Notes: generated by a model from the letters alone, not told the origin. A stretch of 61,457 bases of DNA, filler included, from Bdellovibrionota bacterium (GCA_963169515.1; 6 parts of 6 records of this genome joined end to end with filler, not necessarily neighbours in it), one strand, 5' to 3'. Positions 40,150-50,457 are shown, numbered from the whole stretch's first letter. Translations and numbers: made by a program.

Positions 40150-41208
40150 ATGGCGTTGCGATTTAATTGGAAGGGTATTTTAGAACGAGACCGGGGACTG
40201 ACTTTTGACGATGTCCTGCTGGTTCCTAACAAATCCGATGTTCGATCCAGAAAAGATCCGGACCTTACCACCCGACTAACCAAAAAACATAACATTCAAA
40301 TCCCAATTATGAGCGCAAACATGGATACGATTACAGAGTCTGCCATGGGTATTGCAATGAGTTCCTTGGGTGGATTCGGTATTCTTCACCGCTTTATGTC
40401 CATCGAAAATCAATTGTCTGAAGTCCAAAAAATGAAAGAAGCTGGCGTAAAACTTATTGGTGCAAGTATTGGAGTAAACGCAGATTTCAAAGAACGCGCC
40501 TTTGCCCTAGCCAAAGCGGGCGTCAATATCATCACAGTAGATATTGCCCACGGACATTCTGTTTCAATGATTGAAACCATCCAATACTTAAAAAATGAAT
40601 ACCACGGCGACATTGATGTAATCGCAGGCAACATCGCAACCCCAGAGGGAGTAATGGACCTGATCGAAGCCGGCGCGGACGCTATCAAAGTAGGTATCGG
40701 TCCCGGCTCGATGTGCACCACCCGAATCATCACAGGCTGTGGAGTTCCCCAGTTAACCGCAATAGCGATGTGTACTGAAGTAGCCGATAGCAAAAACATC
40801 CCAGTCATTGCTGACGGTGGAATTAAAACATCAGGAGATATTGTGAAAGCGCTTGCTGCAGGTGCCAGCAGCGTAATGTTGGGAAGTATGCTTTCGGGTA
40901 CAATCGAAACCCCGGGCGAAATCAAAAAAGGCGTTAAAATGTATCGAGGAATGGCATCAAAAGCAGCTCAGGTTTCTTGGCGCGGGATTTTACCAGAGGG
41001 GATGGCGCCGGAAGGTGAATCCACGTTCGTTCCAGTCAAGGGCCACGTCAAAGACGTCATCAATGAAATTTGCGGTGGCATCCGCAGCGGCATGAGCTAT
41101 GTGAATGCTGCAAAAATTTCCGAACTACGCGAAAAGGCATTGTTCATGGAAATGACCGCCTTTGGAACAAAAGAGTCAAACGCCCACGGCGTGCGACCAA
41201 CCATATAA
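40150..41208 (+). CDS. guaB: IMP dehydrogenase / GMP reductase family protein lacking CBS domains
   Basis: [45 protein letters not shown] versus GMPR cannot be resolved by eye. Confidence 0.75.
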   Translation: MALRFNWKGILERDRGLTFDDVLLVPNKSDVRSRKDPDLTTRLTKKHNIQIPIMSANMDTITESAMGIAMSSLGGFGILHRFMSIENQLSEVQKMKEAGVKLIGASIGVNADFKERAFALAKAGVNIITVDIAHGHSVSMIETIQYLKNEYHGDIDVIAGNIATPEGVMDLIEAGADAIKVGIGPGSMCTTRIITGCGVPQLTAIAMCTEVADSKNIPVIADGGIKTSGDIVKALAAGASSVMLGSMLSGTIETPGEIKKGVKMYRGMASKAAQVSWRGILPEGMAPEGESTFVPVKGHVKDVINEICGGIRSGMSYVNAAKISELREKALFMEMTAFGTKESNAHGVRPTI

Positions 41209-41214
41209 ATAACC

Positions 41215-41243
41215 TTCGCCGCACATTTTGTGGCGGCGAATTT
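41215..41243 (+). terminator. Putative terminator hairpin
   Basis: TTCGCCGC...GCGGCGAA-TTT just after the stop. Confidence 0.55.
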
Positions 41244-41493
41244 CAAAAAATTTGTCTATTTTTTTTACGAAAAAATAAGTTTAAAAAATCAGTAAAACTT
41301 TTTCCTATAGGAGTTTTAAACTGTTAGCCCGTCTCGTTTTGAAACAACATGAAATAATATTAATGATTGCAACAACGTAAACTAATTTCAGTTTCAGGAC
41401 CTTGGTCCGATAAGTAATGCGTAGGAAGAGTTGTACGTAAAGTCTTGAATGTAAGCGATCCGACGTACGAATATTCAAACGAAGGAGCGCTTT

Positions 41494-42567
41494 ATGCGAC
41501 CGCAATTAAATAAGTTATTAGTAATATCCCTGTTTCTGGGGCTTACAGGATGTGGCGGCGGCGACCCGAACTTCTCTATTCTTCCAGAGCAAGATGTATT
41601 TGTTAACAATGTTGTTATGAATAACAAGCTAGATATTTTGTTCGTTGTCGATAACTCAGGCTCGATGTCCGAAAATCAAAATAACCTAGCCAATAATTTC
41701 AATTCATTTATCACTGGTTTTTCATCCTTAGGCTATGACTACAAAATTGCAGTTACGGTTACGGATGCTTGGCGCCACCTATATGTGAATCAATCTTATA
41801 AGCAAGGGTATGTAAAATTTAAGGATGGCTTGGGAGCAAACCATTCAGGCCTATTTGTACTGACCCCAGACACGGTGTATCCAGCTCAATATCCAAACCT
41901 TATTTCAGCATTCAACCTACACATTAAACAAGGCACCAATGGCAGCGGCGATGAACGCGCCCTACAAAGTTTTACTGAGGCCTTAGAGAGCAATTACAAT
42001 TCTGGCTTTATTAGATCAGACGCGCATCTTGCAATTATCATTGTGTCTGACGAAGAAGATTTTTCTTGGAACGGATCTTCGAGCAAGCAAAATGCAAATA
42101 ACGGTGCCGGTGATTATACGAACCTGTATTCGATTCAACACTTCTTAGACAAATTGGTATCGTATAAAGGAACTTCCCCTGATATTTTTTCTGTATCTGC
42201 GATTGGCATTATTCCGGGCGACTCTGCCTGTTTAGCCGCCAACGGTTCGATCGCAAAATATATGGCGCGGGTCAAAAGTGTTGTGGACGCAACAAATGGA
42301 GTAATGGGAAGTATCTGTGACACAAGCTTTGCCAGTACACTCGATGCGATCCAAGATAACATCGGTACGTTATCAACCCAGTTCTTTTTATCACGACATC
42401 CAGTAATCGAAAGCATTGTCGTGAAAATCAATGGCATCACAATCCCTAACAGTGGCACCAACGGTTGGACTTACGATGCGACAAACAACAGTATTAAATT
42501 TTATGGTTCTGCAAAACCCCCACAAGGCGCTGTCATTAGCATAGACTTTGATCCAATCGAGATTTAA
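41494..42567 (+). CDS. vWA-domain lipoprotein
   Basis: Lipobox LTGC; MIDAS DNSGS; IIVSDEED; C-terminal beta domain NGWTYD. Confidence 0.82.
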   Translation: MRPQLNKLLVISLFLGLTGCGGGDPNFSILPEQDVFVNNVVMNNKLDILFVVDNSGSMSENQNNLANNFNSFITGFSSLGYDYKIAVTVTDAWRHLYVNQSYKQGYVKFKDGLGANHSGLFVLTPDTVYPAQYPNLISAFNLHIKQGTNGSGDERALQSFTEALESNYNSGFIRSDAHLAIIIVSDEEDFSWNGSSSKQNANNGAGDYTNLYSIQHFLDKLVSYKGTSPDIFSVSAIGIIPGDSACLAANGSIAKYMARVKSVVDATNGVMGSICDTSFASTLDAIQDNIGTLSTQFFLSRHPVIESIVVKINGITIPNSGTNGWTYDATNNSIKFYGSAKPPQGAVISIDFDPIEI

Positions 42568-42635
42568 CTCTGCCTTAGAATAGAAAACGCTAAGAATAAT
42601 TTTGTTATACCCCTATCTATAATAAGATAGGGGGT

Positions 42636-42765
42636 ATGAAACACATCAGTATGCGGAGTCGCTTCATTATTATTTATTTCTTTTTATTAGGCGCACACTG
42701 GGGTTTTTATAGTAACGCCGTTAAGCAAAACAGCCCACAGCAAGGCCACCAGAATATATTGGTAA
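42636..42765 (+). CDS. N-terminal fragment of a hypothetical membrane/exported protein
   Basis: ATG after a GGGGG run, hydrophobic segment, truncated by gap. Confidence 0.45.
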
Positions 42766-42865
42766 NNNNNNNNNNNNNNNNNNNNNNNNNNNNNNNNNNN
42801 NNNNNNNNNTTAATTAATTAANNNNNNNNNNNNNNNNNNNNNNNNNNNNNNNNNNNNNNNNNNNN
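42766..42865. other. Artificial contig linker
   Basis: N-run + TTAATTAATTAA + N-run. Confidence 0.97.
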
Positions 42866-42867
42866 GG

Positions 42868-43485
42868 GTAGATTTAAGGGTGATACACAATCTTCGAACT
42901 TTCCATGCAGACGCTAGCAAAGTTAATCCAACAGAAGCTTTGGCCTCTGCTATACGAAATATTAAGTCCGAAATTCGTATTTGGAGAAAAGATCGCTATG
43001 GAGATGGGGCGACATATCTAAGTGATCTTAAAATTGGAAAAAAGTCTCTAACCGCAACCGATGTCTCTCACTTAAAAGTGCTATTGGTCGATGATGACCC
43101 GATCTCGGTGAAGTTGATTGAGACCTGTTTTCGGCAGCAGGGGTGTGAAACAATGATTACAACATCAGGAATGGATGCGGTTCGTTCGCTAGAAAAAATG
43201 GATTGTGACCTGTTGGTGCTGGACTGGTTAATGCCTGATATTTCCGGAAGAGATGTAATTCTTAAAACAGCACAAAATCTCGATGGGCGGGATCATGTAA
43301 AAATTCCTGTACTCACGTATTCTGTGTACGGAAATCAAGACATCGAATTTCCGCAGACGGAACACTTTACACGATTGGGCCATATAAAAAAAAGTATGCC
43401 GTATAAGCACGTTAAGAACAAAACCATTGAAACTTTGGACCGTATAAAAAAGGATAAACAAGATGTGCTTAAAAATCTTACTTGA
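42868..43485 (+). CDS. Receiver-domain protein (possibly 5'-truncated)
   Basis: VLLVDDD, LLVLDWLMPD; frame open to contig edge. Confidence 0.82.
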   Translation, partial: VDLRVIHNLRTFHADASKVNPTEALASAIRNIKSEIRIWRKDRYGDGATYLSDLKIGKKSLTATDVSHLKVLLVDDDPISVKLIETCFRQQGCETMITTSGMDAVRSLEKMDCDLLVLDWLMPDISGRDVILKTAQNLDGRDHVKIPVLTYSVYGNQDIEFPQTEHFTRLGHIKKSMPYKHVKNKTIETLDRIKKDKQDVLKNLT

Positions 43486-43541
43486 AAATTTCGAGTCATC
43501 TAGAGTATATTTCATCAAGAAAAAAGTAAGAAAGGCCCCCC

Positions 43542-44237
43542 ATGCCAACCAAAATATTACTTGTCGAAGACTCTGCTGACTTTCAATTTCTTGTCAAACT
43601 TTCACTAAAAAACAATTTTCATCTTGATATTGCCTCTACACTGGCAGAGGGGCGAAGCCTGTGCGCCCGTAACACCTACGACCTTTATATACTTGATATT
43701 CTTCTTCCAGATGGGAGCGGATACGATTTCTGTACAGAGCTTCAATCAAACGTGAACACACGGTTTACTCCGGTTATATTTTTGACTTCTAAATCTACTA
43801 TAACCGAGAAGGTGATCGGTTTTTCGCTTGGAGCCGATGATTACATAACAAAGCCTTTTATTGCAGCGGAATTGTACGCACGAGTAGAATCAAAGATAAA
43901 AAAGAACAGCCGTTTTATTCATCAGGAAGAGCGGCTCAATTATGGTCCGTTTAATGTGAATATTTCAAATTTTGAAGTGAAGTTAGCTTATCCGGATCGC
44001 GAGCAAAAAGTTAATTTAACTCCGAACGAATTTAAAATCCTTGTGAAACTTATAAAAAGTCGAGAAAAAATCATTTCCCGAGAGCAGATCATGGACAGCG
44101 TATGGGGTCGCGGCACCTATATTGCGGATCGAACTATCGATAAACACATTTCATCGCTTAGAAAAAAACTAGGGACACTGGCGGAATATATCAAGACGGT
44201 CCCACAGTTTGGTTATATTCTTTCAGTCGAAAATTGA
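43542..44237 (+). CDS. OmpR/PhoB family response regulator
   Basis: REC (ILDILLPD, GADDYITKPF) + winged helix (LTPNE, RTIDKHISSLRKKL). Confidence 0.93.
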   Translation: MPTKILLVEDSADFQFLVKLSLKNNFHLDIASTLAEGRSLCARNTYDLYILDILLPDGSGYDFCTELQSNVNTRFTPVIFLTSKSTITEKVIGFSLGADDYITKPFIAAELYARVESKIKKNSRFIHQEERLNYGPFNVNISNFEVKLAYPDREQKVNLTPNEFKILVKLIKSREKIISREQIMDSVWGRGTYIADRTIDKHISSLRKKLGTLAEYIKTVPQFGYILSVEN

Positions 44238-44309
44238 AGATATCGCGAAACACCCTTCCAACATAAAATAAATAGTCATTGTAGATTGCAGCTAAGTGCG
44301 AGGGGAACC

Positions 44310-44981
44310 ATGCTAACAAGCCGCAAACCTAACAAAGAAGTAAAAATAGAAGACGTATTTGCAAACATTAATCACTCGATTCGGACACCATTAAATGGAA
44401 TTACCGGGATGTCCGATCTTTTGCTGGGAACTCCGCTCAGTCTTGAACAACTTGATTTTGTAAAATCCATCAGGAGCTCGGCCCATGAGCTTCTTGGTGT
44501 TCTCAATAACTTAATTGATTATTCTAAAGTTGAAGCAGAAAAGTTGCACTTAAATGATCTTCGGAACAGCGTTACCTCGGCCGAGCCAATCTTGGAAGAT
44601 CAATGGGTTCTTGTTGTAGAAGACAACAGAATAAATCAAATTATAGTTCAAAAATATTTAGAAAAGGCTGGGATGAATATTATGGTGGCATCGGATGGAC
44701 AGCAAGCTGTTGAATTGATGCGCAAGAACGAATTTAGTATTGTTCTGATGGATTGTGAAATGCCAATTCGCAATGGATATCAAGCGACTTGTGACATTCG
44801 AAACATACTTCATTCCAAGACTCCTATTATCGCTATGACAGCCCATGCGATGAAAGGGGATCGAGAAAAATGCCTATCGTATGGTATGAATGACTATCTT
44901 TCAAAGCCAGTGACCCCCACCGACTTAATACATATGGTTAAAAAATGGATTAGAGAAACCGAGGAGAGCGCCCGTGAGTAA
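44310..44981 (+). CDS. DHp(HisKA)-REC protein without sensor or HATPase domain
   Basis: NHSIRTPLNGI...DYSKVEA followed closely by VLVVEDN, VLMDCEMP, AMTAHA, LSKP. Confidence 0.85.
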   Translation: MLTSRKPNKEVKIEDVFANINHSIRTPLNGITGMSDLLLGTPLSLEQLDFVKSIRSSAHELLGVLNNLIDYSKVEAEKLHLNDLRNSVTSAEPILEDQWVLVVEDNRINQIIVQKYLEKAGMNIMVASDGQQAVELMRKNEFSIVLMDCEMPIRNGYQATCDIRNILHSKTPIIAMTAHAMKGDREKCLSYGMNDYLSKPVTPTDLIHMVKKWIRETEESARE

Positions 44982-45339
44982 CTTATATGAACCTTTTGAG
45001 ACATTGGAACGAGATCTCGGAATAGCTGCTTTCAAGGAACTGCTAGATTTATTTAAAAACACATTTCCAATAAAGCTAAATAAAATTGATAAAGAAATTG
45101 ATGCCAAAAATTTTGAGTCTATTTTTTTTGACACTCACCAAATGGTTTCCAGTGCTGCAAATATGGGAGCCCATGAGATTGCACGATTGGTTAAAGAACT
45201 TGAAGCGGTGTTAAGATCTTCTGACCTTCAAAAGGGACACGAGACTTTAGACAAAATCCGTACCGAATTTGCTATTTACATTGCAAATGCAGATAATTAC
45301 CTGAGCTCAGGTTCTCATGGAGTTCCGCTAGGGGTTTAA
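44974..45339 (+). CDS. Hpt phosphotransfer protein
   Basis: HQMVSSAANMGA (H..K.SA..LGA-like) motif; helical, 121 aa. Confidence 0.8.
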   Translation: MSNLYEPFETLERDLGIAAFKELLDLFKNTFPIKLNKIDKEIDAKNFESIFFDTHQMVSSAANMGAHEIARLVKELEAVLRSSDLQKGHETLDKIRTEFAIYIANADNYLSSGSHGVPLGV

Positions 45340-46347
45340 TTGGCGGGAAATCATTCCAAAAGCCGTATTTACCCATGAGCTTCTGTCATTAAGACAAGGA
45401 ATATAAGTATACATATGGCCGCCGTGGCTTAGGAATCGGTCTCGCTCTTGAACTTTGAGTTCTTCAATTGTCTCTAGGCAGTCAGTTACAAACGAGGGGG
45501 AGATAATAGCAATGTTTTTAATCCCTTTTTGGGGCAAATCCCTAACCACATGATCTGTAAATGGCTGCAACCATTTATTATCGAATCTTGACTGGAAGCT
45601 TACCGTGTATTCTTCTGGCTTTAGCCCCAACCTCTTGGCAAGTAAGCGAGAGGTCTCTTCACATTGCGCCTTATAGCAGTTTTGAATTTTAAATTGATCA
45701 CAGCACCCCTGCGTGCCACAGAGGGGGTTCCCAGATTGTTTGATAAGATGACGAATTGGGATTCCGTGATAGCTCATTATGTAATGGTCGACGGCTTTAC
45801 CGCGAATATTTTCTTGAACAAGATCGACCAGATTATCAATAAATCCAGCATTGTTATAAAAAGCAGGGACAAACAGGGGATCAAGGCCCAACTTTTTTGA
45901 GATTTCCTTAATATGTGCAATTGACGAGGCCGAAGTCGAAAAGGCCTCGTGTGGGTAAAGTTGAAAAATAAGCACTTTCTTAATATTTTTTTCGGTCATG
46001 GCCGCGAGTGCTTGCGCGATTGAGGGGGCGCCATATCTCATCCCCACATCAACTGTAAATTCGTAGTTTGAAATAAGTTTTAGTCGATCTTCGAGCTTCT
46101 GTTTAAAGTTGACAGTGTGAACAGTAAGGGGGGAGCCAAGTCTTGTCCAAATTGTTTTGTATCGAGCAACGATTTTGCTGGGTCTAAATGGTGCTATTAC
46201 TAAATTGACAAGCATCCATCTGGGTATTGCTGGTATGTCTATGACAAAGGGATCTGATAGAAATTCTCGCAGGAAATCCCTGACGGCAGGGATCGTAGGT
46301 GACCGGGGGCTACCTAAGTTTACAATAAGAATGCCAATTTTTTCCAT
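45328..46347 (-). CDS. hemH: Ferrochelatase
   Basis: NLGSP, FLSDP, SYHGIP, FQSR, WLQP, FVTDCLET. Confidence 0.95.
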   Translation of the reverse strand: MEKIGILIVNLGSPRSPTIPAVRDFLREFLSDPFVIDIPAIPRWMLVNLVIAPFRPSKIVARYKTIWTRLGSPLTVHTVNFKQKLEDRLKLISNYEFTVDVGMRYGAPSIAQALAAMTEKNIKKVLIFQLYPHEAFSTSASSIAHIKEISKKLGLDPLFVPAFYNNAGFIDNLVDLVQENIRGKAVDHYIMSYHGIPIRHLIKQSGNPLCGTQGCCDQFKIQNCYKAQCEETSRLLAKRLGLKPEEYTVSFQSRFDNKWLQPFTDHVVRDLPQKGIKNIAIISPSFVTDCLETIEELKVQERDRFLSHGGHMYTYIPCLNDRSSWVNTAFGMISRQLNP

Positions 46348-46535
46348 TATTCGGATAATTCTTCAATTTGGGCTTTTAACTTGTGTAAGATATTTTTTGC
46401 ACGCTCTTTAATCAAGTGATTTTGCGCATGGGGGTCAGCTTCAGGGGCAATTTCGAGCTTATCCCACTCTTGAAAAGCTGTTTCGAGATCTTTGAGAGTA
46501 GACTTTAAATTCGAATCATCACTCTTGATGGTCAT
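46347..46535 (-). CDS. Small hypothetical protein
   Basis: 62 aa; stop overlaps hemH start. Confidence 0.6.
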   Translation of the reverse strand: MTIKSDDSNLKSTLKDLETAFQEWDKLEIAPEADPHAQNHLIKERAKNILHKLKAQIEELSE

Positions 46536-46579
46536 TAAGATGTTTCCCTGTCCGTGAGATACCTAGAAATTTGAATCAA

Positions 46580-47023
46580 CTAGGACAATTTGGCAAGCTT
46601 TTTAAGGCAAGCATAGTGTTTTTGCAGTTCGATGAATTGGCTCTTTTTTTGATCAACAACAGTAGCATTTTGTCTTGCAAAGCGATCAGGGTGAAGCTTT
46701 AGAGCCAGCCTTCGAAATGATTTCGATAGTGTTCTATCATCTATAAAGTCGACTTCTCCATGGCTGAAAAAGAATTGCACAGCCTGTTTTTCCTCGAAGG
46801 TTTGACATTTTTCGAGCCAATTTGTGAGCTTTTCGCTCACAGAAATTGTTTTTTTAGGGTACCGCCCGAGAGGGCTTTTAACTTTTAGTGCGAAGTTTAC
46901 GAAGAAAATTGGCACACTTTCTTCAATTATTGCGCGGGTAGTTGAAGAATATTGAGGTTCGTTTTTTGCGTTATTTAGCTTCTCGCTTAGAATTTCTTCG
47001 AAGCTCTTTACTGCCTTCATCAT
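46580..47023 (-). CDS. Protein with C-terminal J-domain (likely start ATG 47023)
   Basis: FRRLALKLHPD motif. Confidence 0.75.
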   Translation of the reverse strand: MMKAVKSFEEILSEKLNNAKNEPQYSSTTRAIIEESVPIFFVNFALKVKSPLGRYPKKTISVSEKLTNWLEKCQTFEEKQAVQFFFSHGEVDFIDDRTLSKSFRRLALKLHPDRFARQNATVVDQKKSQFIELQKHYACLKKLAKLS

Positions 47024-47292
47024 AGAGATAAAATCGGTTTTTTTTAGAAATGCTTGAGGCCAGTTTAGGCCTGTTTTCACTCGAGAAATTGGTTTTTTAG
47101 AAGAGTTAGATTGGGTTTGGAAGCTAGAATAGGAAAATCATACGGTGCCAGGCACCCGAATGAAAAATTGCTACAGATGGGATAAAGGTGGATAAGTGTT
47201 TTCGCGTGACCCGTGTTTTTTTTATTTACAATGGGTCCAGAATGGATATGCTTAATTGAAACAAACAACCATAACCATAATGGAGGGTTATA

Positions 47293-47595
47293 ATGGCAAC
47301 TAAAAAAACCACTAAGAAAAAGACAGCTGGTAAGAAATCAAAAAGAAAGCCAAATGCGGCTTTCATGAAACCACTTACGCCAAGTGCTGCGTTAGCAAAA
47401 GTAGTAGGAACGAAAACGCTACCACGCACTGAAGTTGTAAAAAAACTATGGGCGTATATCCGCAAAAACGATCTGCAAGATCCAAAAAACCGCCGCAATA
47501 TACGTGCTGATGCTGTGTTGAAACCTATTTTCAGCGGTAAAGCTGTTGTAAGCATGTTTGAAATGACAAAACACGTTTCAAAACACTTGAAGTAA
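47293..47595 (+). CDS. Stand-alone SWIB/MDM2-domain protein with Lys-rich N-terminus
   Basis: PRTEVVKKLWAYIRKNDLQDPKNRRNI, VSMFEMTKHVSKHL. Confidence 0.92.
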   Translation: MATKKTTKKKTAGKKSKRKPNAAFMKPLTPSAALAKVVGTKTLPRTEVVKKLWAYIRKNDLQDPKNRRNIRADAVLKPIFSGKAVVSMFEMTKHVSKHLK

Positions 47596-47620
47596 GCCGT
47601 TTAAAAAGCTTATTTAGCAA

Positions 47621-47651
47621 GGCCGTGGTCCAAGACTGCGGCTTTTTTTTT
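47621..47651 (+). terminator. Intrinsic terminator
   Basis: GCCGTGGTC-CAA-GACTGCGGC followed by a T run. Confidence 0.8.
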
Positions 47652-47684
47652 GCTTTTTTACTTAAAAAAACGTAACATAACCTT

Positions 47685-48449
47685 ATGTTGCAAGTTAGTC
47701 GCCTCACTCTAGATGAATGTAAGCAAATGCGAAAATCCGGGCAGCTCGCTGCCCGGACCCTTGAATATGTCGAAAAATACATCCAAGCAGGTATTACAAC
47801 GGACGAAATCAATAAGATCGTCCATGACTTCATACTTCGGCATAATGCAATCCCAGCGCCACTAAACTATCACGGATTTCCAAAGTCCTGTTGCACTTCT
47901 GTCAACGATGTTATCTGTCACGGAGTCCCTGATTCCACAAGATTGAAAAGTGGGGACATTCTTAATGTGGACGTAACAACTATTTTGAACGGATTCTATG
48001 GTGATACATCTCGAACTTATTGTGTGGGAACTGTTACAGATAGAGCGAAAGCCCTTGTCGCCTGCGCCCAAACGGCCATGGAAAAGGGTATTGAGGCCAT
48101 CGAACCCAATGGAACAACTGGTGACATAGGTTTTGCAATCAATAAATTTACAACCCGTTCAGGCTACCATGTTGTGCGAGAAATTGGGGGCCATGGTATT
48201 GGCAGGAAATTCCACACGGACCCATTTGTTCCTTCTTTTGGCAAAAGGGGCAAGGGGGACCCTCTGTTACCATACCACTGCATCACCGTGGAACCGATGA
48301 TTAACGAGACTGACGTTCCGTTAAAAGAATTCGGTATTCCAGGGGCGTCGGTAAAGTATTATGCGACAGGTGATGGTGCACTTTCTGCACAATTTGAACA
48401 CACCGTCCTGATTCTTGAAGACGGCTATGAAATCATGACTCTTCCTTGA
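47685..48449 (+). CDS. map: Methionine aminopeptidase type I
   Basis: CTSVNDVICHG, GHGIG, EPMIN, SAQFEHT. Confidence 0.95.
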   Translation: MLQVSRLTLDECKQMRKSGQLAARTLEYVEKYIQAGITTDEINKIVHDFILRHNAIPAPLNYHGFPKSCCTSVNDVICHGVPDSTRLKSGDILNVDVTTILNGFYGDTSRTYCVGTVTDRAKALVACAQTAMEKGIEAIEPNGTTGDIGFAINKFTTRSGYHVVREIGGHGIGRKFHTDPFVPSFGKRGKGDPLLPYHCITVEPMINETDVPLKEFGIPGASVKYYATGDGALSAQFEHTVLILEDGYEIMTLP

Positions 48450-48503
48450 CCTTTTTACTCTAATTCTCTACCCTAAATTCCAAATTTATCTTCAGAGGTA
48501 ACA

Positions 48504-49880
48504 ATGCTTCAAACAACCAAATCTTCAAAGGCTAAACCTATGGGCAAAACAAAATCTACAGTGGATTATCGTGTGTGCAGAGAAGCAATGGATAATGCAG
48601 AGAAATTCGCTGAGCTGGCAGAGTGGGGACGTAAAGAAATTCAGATTGCCGAAACAGAAATGCCTGGTTTGATGGCGATTCGTGCGGAATATTCAAAAGT
48701 GCAACCTTTAAACGGGGCCCGCATAACGGGCTGTCTTCATATGACTATTCAAACGGCCGTTTTGATTGAAACATTGGTCGCCCTTGGAGCAAAAGTTCGC
48801 TGGTCTTCATGCAACATCTTTTCAACTCAAGATCATGCAGCATGTGCAATCGCCGCAGCCGGCATCCCAGTTTACGCTTGGAAAGGCGAAACTGAAGACG
48901 AATACAATTGGTGTGTTGAACAAACCATCGAGGGCTGGGGACCTGAAGGTTATGATCTGATTTTAGATGACGGTGGTGATCTTACAAACATGATGCATTT
49001 GCCAAAATATGCAAAAATAATGGAGAAAATTGTTGGCATTTCAGAGGAAACAACAACGGGCGTTCACAACCTGGAGAAAATGCATGCGAAAGGGAAATTA
49101 AAAGCTCCTGCAATTAACGTAAATGATTCCGTTACAAAATCCAAATTTGACAACCTTTATGGTTGTAAAGAATCTCTGGCCGATGGGATCAAGCGTGCGA
49201 CAGATGTCATGTTGGGTGGGAAAACTGTCGTGATCGCAGGATTTGGTGACGTTGGAAAGGGTTGCGCTAAATCGTTGCGCGGTTACGGGTCAAAAGTTTA
49301 CATCACCGAAATTGACCCCATCTGTGCCTTGCAAGCATCTATGGAGGGATTCGAAGTTGTTAGGATGGAAACAATTGCCCCCAAAGCAGATATTTTTGTC
49401 ACAGCAACCGGCTGCAAACACGTGATCACCAAGGAACACTTTAATTTGATGAAAGATGGAGCGATTGTTTGCAATATAGGGCATTTTGACATTGAAATTG
49501 ATATGGCTTGGCTTAATAAAAACACTAAAAAAAGTGTCATAAAGCCGCAAGTGGATCATCATATTTTTAAAGACGGAAAGAAAATCATCGTTCTTGCCGA
49601 AGGACGTTTGGTAAATTTAGGTTGCGGAACAGGTCATCCGTCGTTCGTGATGAGCAACTCGTTTTCGAACCAAACTTTAGCGCAAATCGATCTTTGGACA
49701 AATAAAAAGAAATACTCCAAGATTGGAATTTATATGTTACCAAAGGAATTGGACGAAAAAGTTGCGCGTTTACATCTTGAAAAATTAGGTGTTGAGCTCA
49801 CAAAACTGACAAAAGAGCAGAGCGAATACCTTGGGTTGTCTGCAACTGGGCCATTCAAGCCAGATCACTATAAGTATTAG
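48504..49880 (+). CDS. ahcY: S-adenosyl-L-homocysteine hydrolase
   Basis: [39 protein letters not shown]. Confidence 0.97.
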   Translation: MLQTTKSSKAKPMGKTKSTVDYRVCREAMDNAEKFAELAEWGRKEIQIAETEMPGLMAIRAEYSKVQPLNGARITGCLHMTIQTAVLIETLVALGAKVRWSSCNIFSTQDHAACAIAAAGIPVYAWKGETEDEYNWCVEQTIEGWGPEGYDLILDDGGDLTNMMHLPKYAKIMEKIVGISEETTTGVHNLEKMHAKGKLKAPAINVNDSVTKSKFDNLYGCKESLADGIKRATDVMLGGKTVVIAGFGDVGKGCAKSLRGYGSKVYITEIDPICALQASMEGFEVVRMETIAPKADIFVTATGCKHVITKEHFNLMKDGAIVCNIGHFDIEIDMAWLNKNTKKSVIKPQVDHHIFKDGKKIIVLAEGRLVNLGCGTGHPSFVMSNSFSNQTLAQIDLWTNKKKYSKIGIYMLPKELDEKVARLHLEKLGVELTKLTKEQSEYLGLSATGPFKPDHYKY

Positions 49881-49896
49881 TGAAGTATTAATCGAT

Positions 49897-50427
49897 TTAT
49901 TTTTTGCTCGGTAAATTAAAAAACTTAAGATAATATTTAAGTTCTTCTATGCTTTCCCTTATGTCGTCAAGCGCGCGGTGGGTCCCTTTTTTTTCATACT
50001 CGATCCCATAAATATCCTTGAGGACAATCTTCCAAGATGTCACATCCAAAGTTCGATAATGTAATCGATTTGAAATGCTTTTATAATATTGATTCAAAAA
50101 TTTGCGGTCATGCCCAACAGAGTTTCCTGCAATAATGGGTCTTTCTTCTCCAAAATGTTTTTGAATCAATTGCAAAAAGCGAGTTTCAGCTTCGTGCTGG
50201 GGGATGCCGTTTTTAGCAATTGCATCGAGTAAACCGGTTTCTGCGTGGGTCTTTTTATTCCAGTCGTCCATTTGATCGAGATATTTTTTTTCTGGCTTTA
50301 TAACGCAATGAAGGGTGTCAAGTTCTTGGAAACCATAGTCCGTTACAATAGCAGCCATTTCAATCACGACGTTGGTTTCCACATCCAAGCCGGTCATTTC
50401 AAGGTCTATCCAAAGAAGTTTTTTCAT
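49897..50427 (-). CDS. orn: Oligoribonuclease
   Basis: WIDLEMTGLD, HRALDDIRES. Confidence 0.95.
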   Translation of the reverse strand: MKKLLWIDLEMTGLDVETNVVIEMAAIVTDYGFQELDTLHCVIKPEKKYLDQMDDWNKKTHAETGLLDAIAKNGIPQHEAETRFLQLIQKHFGEERPIIAGNSVGHDRKFLNQYYKSISNRLHYRTLDVTSWKIVLKDIYGIEYEKKGTHRALDDIRESIEELKYYLKFFNLPSKK

Positions 50428-50457
50428 TCGTTCCTACAATTTTTTAATTAGAATAAT

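Noticed and set aside
48450..48503. SAH riboswitch before ahcY (also ZTP before purH, preQ1 before queC)
   Set aside because: Intergenic spaces are too short or absent, and no aptamer motif is visible
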